Below are positions 57,101 through 64,000 of a DNA stretch of 64,000 nucleotides, piece by piece. The stretch covers positions 372,001 through 436,000 of the forward strand of contig JBHGNT010000006.1 in assembly GCA_043228905.1 (NCBI GenBank). The letters run 5' to 3'. Origin of the DNA: Azolla caroliniana (Eukaryota; Plantae; Polypodiophyta). The notes under the pieces are model-generated. The model saw nothing but the letters and a program-made list of their open reading frames with translations. It was not told the DNA's origin and made no database searches. Numbering within the stretch: position 1 is the stretch's first letter; the number at the start of each line of letters is the position of its first letter. Position numbers and translations under genes: made by a program.

Positions 57101-59850
57101 CCTGGGCTCTTGTCTACGACCTCCTCAAGTATGGTATTTTTTTCATGTCTCTCGACCTTAGTTTCAAAATCGTAATTTTTGACTCCATATCATAGCTCGC
57201 CTTGTAAGCTTCAATTCGCATGTTTAAAGACAAAAATCCGATATCACACGAGCTAGGTATGAACAATTTCATTTACTAACGGGCTCTTGTCTACGACCTT
57301 GTCATGTTTGCTATTTTCTTCATGTCTCTCGACCTGAGTTTCAAAATCTTGTTTTTTTAATACTATATCATAGCTAGCGTTGTTAGCTTCGACTCGCATG
57401 TTTGATCTTAATAATGCGATATGACATGACCCAGGTATGAATATTTTCATTTACTCCCGGGCTCTTGTCGACGACCTCCTCAAGTTTGGTATTTTCTTCA
57501 GGTCTCTCGACCTGAGTGTCAAAGTCTTGATTTTTTAATTCCATATCATAACTAGCCTTTTTAGCTTCAATTCCCATGTTTAATCTCAAAAATATGATAT
57601 CACATAACTCAGGTATGTATATTTTCATTTACTCTTGGGCTTTTGTCTACGAACTCCTCAAGTTTGGTATTTTCTTCATATGTCTCGACCTAAGTTTCAA
57701 AATCTTCATTTTCTAATTCCATATCATAGCTAGCGTCGTTAGCTTCGATTCGAATGTTTAATCTCAAAAATCCGATATCACATGACCCAGGTCTGAACAT
57801 TTTCATTTAATCTCGGGCTCTTGTCTACGACCTCTTCAAGTTTGGTATTTTCTTCATATCTCTCGACCTGAGTGTCAAAATCTTGATTTTTTAATTCCCT
57901 ATCATGGCTAGTGTTGTTAGCTTCGATTGTCATGTTTAATCTCAAAAATCGGATATCACATGACCCAGGTATGTATATTTTCATTTACTCCCTGGCTCAT
58001 GTCTACGATCTCCTCATGTTCGGTATTTTCTTCATGTCTCTCGACCTGAGTGTCAAAGTCTTGATTTTCTAATTCCATATCATAGCTAGCGTTGTTAGCT
58101 TCGATTCCCATGTTTAATCACAAAAATCCGATATCACATGACCCAAGTATGTATATTTTCATTTACGCCCGGGATCATGTCTACAACCTCCTCAAGTTTG
58201 CTATTTTCGTCATGTCTCTCGAGCTGAGTTTCAAAATCTTGAGGTTTTAACTCCATATCATAGCTATCGTTCTTAGCTTCGATTCGCATGTTTGACCTCA
58301 AATATCCGGTAACACACGACCCAGGTATGAACATTTTCATTTACTCCCGGGCTCTTGTCTACGACCTCCTCAAGTTTGGTTTTTTCTTCATATCTCTCGA
58401 CGTGAGTTTCAAAATCTTGATTTTTTAATTCCATATCATAGCTATCGTTCTTAGCTTCGATTCGCATTTTTGAACACAAAAATTCGATATTACACGAGCC
58501 AGGTATGAACATTTTCATTGATTAAGAGGCTCTTGTCTACGACCTCCTCAAGTTTGTTATTTTCTTCATGTTACTCGACCTGAGTTTCAAAATTTTCATT
58601 TTTAAATTCCAAATCATAGGTAGTGTTATTAGCTTCGATTCACATGTTTGATCTCCAAAATCAGATATGACACCACCCAGGTATGAACATTTTCTTTTAC
58701 TACCGTGCTCTTGTCTACGACCTCCTCAAGTTTGCTATTTTCTTCATGTCTCTCGACCTGAGTTTCAAAATCTTGATTTTTAAGTCCATATCATAGCTAG
58801 CGTTGTTACCTTCAATTCGCATGTTTGATCCTAAAATTCCGATATCTCATGACCGAGGTATGAATATTTTCATTTACTCACAGGCTCTTGTTTACGACCT
58901 CCTCAAGTTTGGTATTTTCTTCATGTCTCTCGACCTGAGTTTCAAAATCTTGATGTTTTAATTCCATATCATAGCTAGCATTGTAAGCTTCGATTCGCAT
59001 GTTTGACCTCAAAAATCTGATAACACATGACCCAGGTATGAACATTTTCATTTACTACCGAGCTCTTTTCTACGACCTCTTCAAGTTTGGTATTTTCTTC
59101 ATATCTCTCGACCTCAATTTGAAAATCTGGATTTTTTAATTCCATATCATAGCTAGCAATGTAGTCTTCGATTCACTTGTTTAAACACAAAAATCCGATA
59201 TCACACGAGCCAGGTATGGACATTTTCATTTATTACCGGGCTCTTGTGTACGACCTCCTCAAGTTTGCTATTTTCTTCATGTCTCTGGGCTTGAGTTTGA
59301 AAATCTTGAAGTTTTAATTCTATATCATAGCTAGCGTTTTTAGCTTCGATTCGCATCTTTGACCATAAAAATCCGATAGCACACGAGCTAGGTATGAACA
59401 TTTTAATTTATTCCCGAGCACTTGTCTCGATCTTCTCAAGTTCAAAAATTTTGATTTTTTAATTCCATATCATAGCTAGCGTTGTTAGCTTCGAATGGCT
59501 TGTATGACCTCAAAAATCCGATATCACACGACCCAGGTATGAACATTTTCATTTACTCCCGTGCTCTTGTCTACGACCTCCTCAAGTTTGCTATTTTCTT
59601 CATGTCTCTCGACCTGAATTTGAAAATCTTGATTTTTAAGTCCATATCATAGCTATCCTTGTAAGCTTCAATTCGCATGTTTAAGCACAAAAATCCGATA
59701 TCACACGAGCCAGGTATGAACATTTTCATTTACTAACAGGCTCTTGTCTACGACCTTGTTAAGTTTGCTATTTTCTTCACGCCTCTCGACCTGAGTTTTA
59801 AAATCTTGATTTTTAAATTTGAGATCATAGCTGGCCTTGTAATCCTATGG

Positions 59851-60822
59851 CAAAATTTGAGATCATTTTCTCACACGCTCTTGTCTTATGGCACAACTTT
59901 CCTTTTTTCTTCATGTCTCTCAATCTATATTTTAAAATCATGAATTTTCAAGTCCATATCATAGACTGCTTCGTTAGCTTCGATTCTCATGTTTGGAAAC
60001 AAAAATCTAATATCACACGATCTAGCTATGAACATTCTCCTTTATTCACGCAGTCTTGTCTACGCCTTCCTCAAGTGTGGTACAACTTTTCTTTTTTCTT
60101 CACGTCTCTCTCCTTGAGATTCAAAATCATGAATTTTCAATTACATATCATAGATGGCTTACTTAGCTTCGATTTGCATGTTTGAACACAAAAATCCGAT
60201 ATGACACGACCCAACTAGGAACATTTTCATTTAGTCACGCGCTCCTATCTACGCCTTCCTCAAGTGTGGCACAACTGTGCTTTTTTCTTCATGTCTCTCA
60301 CCCTGAGTTTCAAAATTATGAATTTTCAATTCCATATCATAGACTACTTCGATAGCTTCGATTTCCATGTTTGAACAAGAAAATCTAATATCACACAAAC
60401 CAGCTATGAACTACTTCATTTGGTCAAACGCTCTAGTTTACGCCCTCCTCAATTGTCGCACATTTTTTCTTTTTCATTCATGTCTTTCAACGTGATTTTC
60501 AAAATCATGATTTTTCAATTCCATATCATAGACTACTTCGTTACCTTCGATTCGTATGTTTGAACACAAAATTCCAATATCACACGAGCCAGGTATTAAC
60601 ATTTTCATTTACTCACACGCTCTTGTTGACGCCTTCCTCAAGTGGGGAACAACTTTGCTTTTTCCTTCATGACTCTGGACCTTAGTTTCAAAATCATGAA
60701 TTTTCAATTCCACGTCATAGACTACTTCGTTAGCTTCGATTCAGATATTTGAACACAAAAATTTGATATCACACGAACCAGTTATGACCATTTTCATTTA
60801 CTCACTCGCTCTTGTCTACGCC
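59851..60822. repeat. 189-bp highly diverged relic monomers (~5 copies) at array edge
   Basis: The (C)AAAATCATGAATTTTCAA anchor falls at 59933, 60122, 60311, 60500, 60689 (period 189). An extra ~11-bp segment (GTGGCACAACT-like) follows CCTCAAGT. Confidence 0.88.
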
Positions 60823-61476
60823 CATGCAAACCGGAGGCGAACGGAAAGGTCGAGTGAGAGCACGAGCCGATCGTGAAGGCCATAGTACGAGCATGGGATG
60901 GTTGAGTGGGGAACTGGCCAAGGCTCTTACCTTACGCACTATGGGCCGACCGAACTACGCACAGTTCATTAATCACTCACATGCCGATGGAGCAGACAAT
61001 CTCTTCATGAATGGCGGTATACTAGATGGAGGACATGAGCCGAAAGGAGTTATTGGTTGCGCGGATCCGACAACTCGAGAGAAGGCCGGAGGACGTGAAA
61101 AGAACAGAGACGAAGTTACAAGCAGCACAAGAGAGGAATAACGGTTGGTTCAACCAAACGCACCGACTCCAACCAAAGAAGATTGAGGAAGGTGATTGGG
61201 TGTTGGTCTACGATAGCAACCTAGACAACCAGCATCGGTCGGCCCAGAAGTTTGCAAGCGAATCGTTCGGGCCTTTACGTGGTGACAAGCGTGAACAACA
61301 ATGCAACTTACCACTTAGCGGAGCTTCACGGGACAAGGATAGCGGTGCCGGTCATGGGGAAGAGGATAAAGCCGTTCAAGAGGTGATGTGAGCAGGAACC
61401 GGATCCGGAGATAGGGGTCGAAAGTGCGGACGAAGGAAAGGAATCGGATGATGATGGTGCGGAAGAAAACGAGTGA
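60823..61476 (+). pseudogene. Decayed Ty3/Gypsy pol C-terminus (integrase core end plus GPY/F region)
   Basis: From 60831 it translates PEANGKVE*EHEPIVKAIVRAWDG*VGNWPRLLPYALWADRTTHSS (integrase P-x-x-N-G-x-x-E-R motif), in frame with ORF 61026 (RIRQLERRPED...EGDWVLVYDS). After a +1 frameshift it reads FGP/YVVTSVNNNATYHLAELHGTRIAVPVMGKRIKPFKR. At least four in-frame stops. Integrase directly before PPT/LTR gives the Gypsy order. Confidence 0.88.
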
Positions 61477-61536
61477 TGAATGTCCGGAATTCCCCACCGC
61501 TTCACTACATGGCACATGTTAGAGGATGTCTAGTTT

Positions 61537-61548
61537 GGTGGGGGTGGA
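61537..61548 (+). other. Polypurine tract of the Gypsy remnant
   Basis: GGTGGGGGTGGA ~60 bp after the pol stop and immediately before TGTTG. Confidence 0.7.
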
Positions 61549-61830
61549 TGTTGTGATGAATTCTGGCTACTAGGAGAAAGGGGGTTGGTGAGTATGTGAA
61601 CAGGGGCGTGCATTGGTGCACTCGGAATATGTCTTTATGTGCAAACATGTGTAAATAGTAGAGTTGTTGAGCGGCAAGCTCAACCGGATCTGGATCGGCT
61701 GAATAAGCTTGAGCCAAATCGGCATCCAGAAGGGTGAGCCGGTTAATTGGATCAAGTAGTAACCGGAAGCCAAGTAGCAGCTAGTCTACTAGGTAGTTAA
61801 TATCTCGTAGTTAGTGTCAAACGCTCGTGT
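61549..61830 (+). mobile_element. 5' part of the Gypsy 3' LTR (right end not defined)
   Basis: Starts TGTTGTG right after the PPT. End coordinate is an estimate from the compositional shift to AT-rich DNA. Confidence 0.5.
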
Positions 61831-62271
61831 GAGCATTGAAGTACACCGTACTTCTGTCAGTCTAGATGGACTTGTATAAAACTGTTCACTAAAAACACGT
61901 TCGCGTTCACAAGTGGAAGGATTGCGCATTCCACTTGTAGAATCTTCTTAAAACGAAGCAAATACACCCTCTCTACAAAAATTGGATGCACTAGTATCAC
62001 ATGTTCCTCAACTTGATGAGAATTTGCAATTATAAAAATACATAATAGATCTACGATTGGAGATCATTAGAAATCATGCAAGTTTAGACACGTTGATAAG
62101 TTAATGTAGGCATAATAAAGTTCAACTATGGCTCAATATGTCACTACTGTGCGACAAGGGAAACACTAACTTAAAGACTTATATTAATTAGGTAAGTTTT
62201 ACAAAAATATCAGGTGTACTTGTATCCATACTAATAAAATGAGTTATAATTTATACTTTGACCCATACGTG

Positions 62272-62546
62272 CATGTATGTAATTGTGGAAAATGTAGGAT
62301 AGTGCACATTAGGATAAGTGATTGGAATAACTAACTTATTAAAGTATTCAATACTTGTATTTAAAGTTGATCTAATCTATTCCTCAGTTTGTTCATATGG
62401 GATCAAACCATATGTATATAATTGTGGACAATGTAAGGCAGTGAACTTTAGGATAATGTCGTGGAAATAACAAACCTATTAGGCTTTCATACCTGTATTT
62501 AAAATTGATCTACTCTATTGCTTAGGTGATTCACACAGGATCAAAC
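62272..62546. repeat. Diverged ~139-bp tandem duplication (2 copies)
   Basis: AATTGTGGA at 62281/62420, TGTATTTAAA-TTGATCTA-TCTATT in both copies, GGATCAAAC at 62400/62538. Confidence 0.75.
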
Positions 62547-62939
62547 TCCGAACGATAACGCAACTGGAACCATTATCAACACACGACACAATCTAAGCAG
62601 CAATGGAATAGAAACATAATAGTTTTAACAATAGAAGACAAAGATCCATAATAACAACATGGACAGTCATGGCAACAATTATAGGGCCATGTTCTGTTAA
62701 GGTTAGCTTGGACCAAAATCAGCCTCAATTTAAACTAGTTCATGTTTCTCCATAAATTTGGTAGTCATCTATGCACGCGGTGAAACCAATGTCATAAATC
62801 TACTAACCATGTATATAAAAATAAAATTGAAACATATAGAAGATTATAAAGAATAGAATACACTAGGTAAAACCCAAAATTTGTATTAATAATGTGAAAT
62901 CCTAACAAATCGTCAGTGTCATTTTCTTCATAGAGTCTA

Positions 62940-64000
62940 TTACATAGCAATCAATTCATCAACGTCATTTTCTTCATCATCTTGTGTAGAACTGTCTTCG
63001 GCTATACGTGCATTGGTTTCCCCTGTTAGCCGAGCCAACGAAATATCTTCTATAAGCTCATCATCAAGCTCTATTAGCTCCCCCGGTTCGCCGGCTAACG
63101 GAGGAATAGGCTCTCGCGAAGCAGGTTGAAACCTTTCTGTATTGGCGAGGTTCTTTGCACCGACCTCCTCATCCTGGTCTGGGCACTCCCACAAAGCCTT
63201 AATCCGCATATTAATAAATATAACTTGGTCCTTGTCCTTCTCCAATGCAACTGTATTTCTAAAAAGCTTCAATGCACATGCAGACGTAGTTCCTGTGATG
63301 TAAGTAACAAGAAGATTTAGTTGTCAAACGAAAAAAAAAAGGGATTGGTTATCTCAAGATCGTTACCCTAGTTCGAGGAATACCTGTGCCAGAAAAGAGA
63401 TCTAATATCCAGTCTCCTTCGACAAAAAACATCTCGATCAAGCGTATCATAAGTCGTTGAGGTTTTTGGTATGGGTTGACAAGTCCCCGTTCTGTCGTGG
63501 TGACATGTCGCAATTTCCGTGTCACTGCTGGATATACCAACAGATTTGAACCTCCCACTTCATTAGAATGCTCCTTGATTCTCTGTTTCTTAATTTCATC
63601 GAAGTAGCCAACCGTTATGTATTCAATGGCATTAACGAACCGAAAAGTTGGCCCTCTATTTACATTGGTCTTGATCCTATAAAAAATAATACATCGAGTT
63701 AAGAATAGATTGAACAACCTTAAGAAATGCAATATAGTGAAAGACACCTATAAATAATCCTTACCATGCAAGGTTCTCGATGCCATGGCAATGAGATCTC
63801 AAAGCTTGAGCTACCGAGTACCCTTGGTCCATACTATGAAAGACAACTATTCGCCACAAGGATGCGGTCGTTAGCTCAGCGAAATCCTTGACCATCTTCT
63901 CAAATTGTTTAAACCTAAACGGTTCATCGTCGTATGATGACCCAGCCATTCGAAATCTGTAAGGAATATCCGCAATCATTAGCGTATATTCCTTCTTTGG
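62940..64000 (-). CDS. Spliced beta-class DNA amino-methyltransferase (N6_N4_Mtase-like), 5'-partial; exons 64000-63765, 63676-63384, 63292-62940
   Basis: Joining at GT-AG introns gives one open 293-aa frame: PKKEYTLMIADIPY (motif IV, DPPY-like)...ENLAW^IKTN (W-x-K)...NAIEYITVGY...NPYQKPQRLMIRLIEMF (motif X, HPTQKP-like)...EGDWILDLFSGTG^TTSACALKLFRNTVALEKD (motif I FxGxG, motif II)...INMRI, then an acidic tail. Motif IV before motif I defines the beta order. Confidence 0.9.
63293..63383 (-). other. Spliceosomal intron (91 bp, phase 1)
   Basis: Donor ACAG|GTATTC, T-rich interior, acceptor CATCACAG|GA. Splicing rebuilds FSGTG-TT. Confidence 0.88.
63677..63764 (-). other. Spliceosomal intron (88 bp, phase 2)
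   Basis: Donor TG|GTAAGG, acceptor TTTTTTATAG|G. Splicing rebuilds the Trp codon of the conserved W-x-K motif. Confidence 0.88.

Larger units (their letters stand above)
46661..59850. repeat. 178-bp satellite, transitional plus old diverged layer (copy 2 and its unique continuation)
   Basis: 46661-55428 is near-identical to 29396-37786. 55429-59850 continues with diverged monomers of the same old subtype. Confidence 0.92.

Noticed and set aside
2374-60185. Dozens of 60-112 aa ORFs on both strands (MLASIRMF..., MKMFIPGSC...)
   Set aside because: Translations of the satellite. 178 is not a multiple of 3, and ORFs appear only where a mutation removes a stop. No domain signatures.
60812-61773. 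ORFs 60812+, 61315-, 61326-, 61505-, 61570- as genes
   Set aside because: Alternative-frame or antisense readings of the decayed Gypsy pol/LTR.
61909-61938. Helitron 3' terminal hairpin or Rho-independent terminator
   Set aside because: No CTRR at the expected distance on either strand and no U-tract; kept only as an unexplained hairpin.
63677-63747. N-terminus MSFTILHFLRLF... of ORF 63349-63747 as a signal peptide
   Set aside because: It is translated intron sequence.
62940-64000. Bacterial contamination or a frameshifted prokaryotic pseudogene
   Set aside because: The frame breaks are explained precisely by GT-AG introns, and the gene adjoins plant-type LTR retroelement sequence.

Overview
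Eukaryotic (most likely seed-free land plant) heterochromatin that looks like the edge of a centromere-type satellite array. About 94% of the window (1-~60820) is a head-to-tail array of an AT-rich (~36% GC) 178-bp monomer (~330 copies). The array is layered: homogeneous young monomers with higher-order repeats, then progressively diverged monomers, then five 189-bp relic monomers at the edge. A large tandem duplication inside the array copied a Copia-type solo LTR (35879-36495 and 53523-54137). Outside the array is a decayed Ty3/Gypsy integrase with PPT and the start of a 3' LTR. At the window end, on the minus strand, lies the most interesting feature: an intron-containing, apparently intact beta-class N4-cytosine/N6-adenine DNA methyltransferase gene of bacterial/phage type. 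It has three exons in the window, 293 aa visible, and its 5' end lies beyond 64000. Nearly all ORFs in the supplied track are by-products of the satellite.
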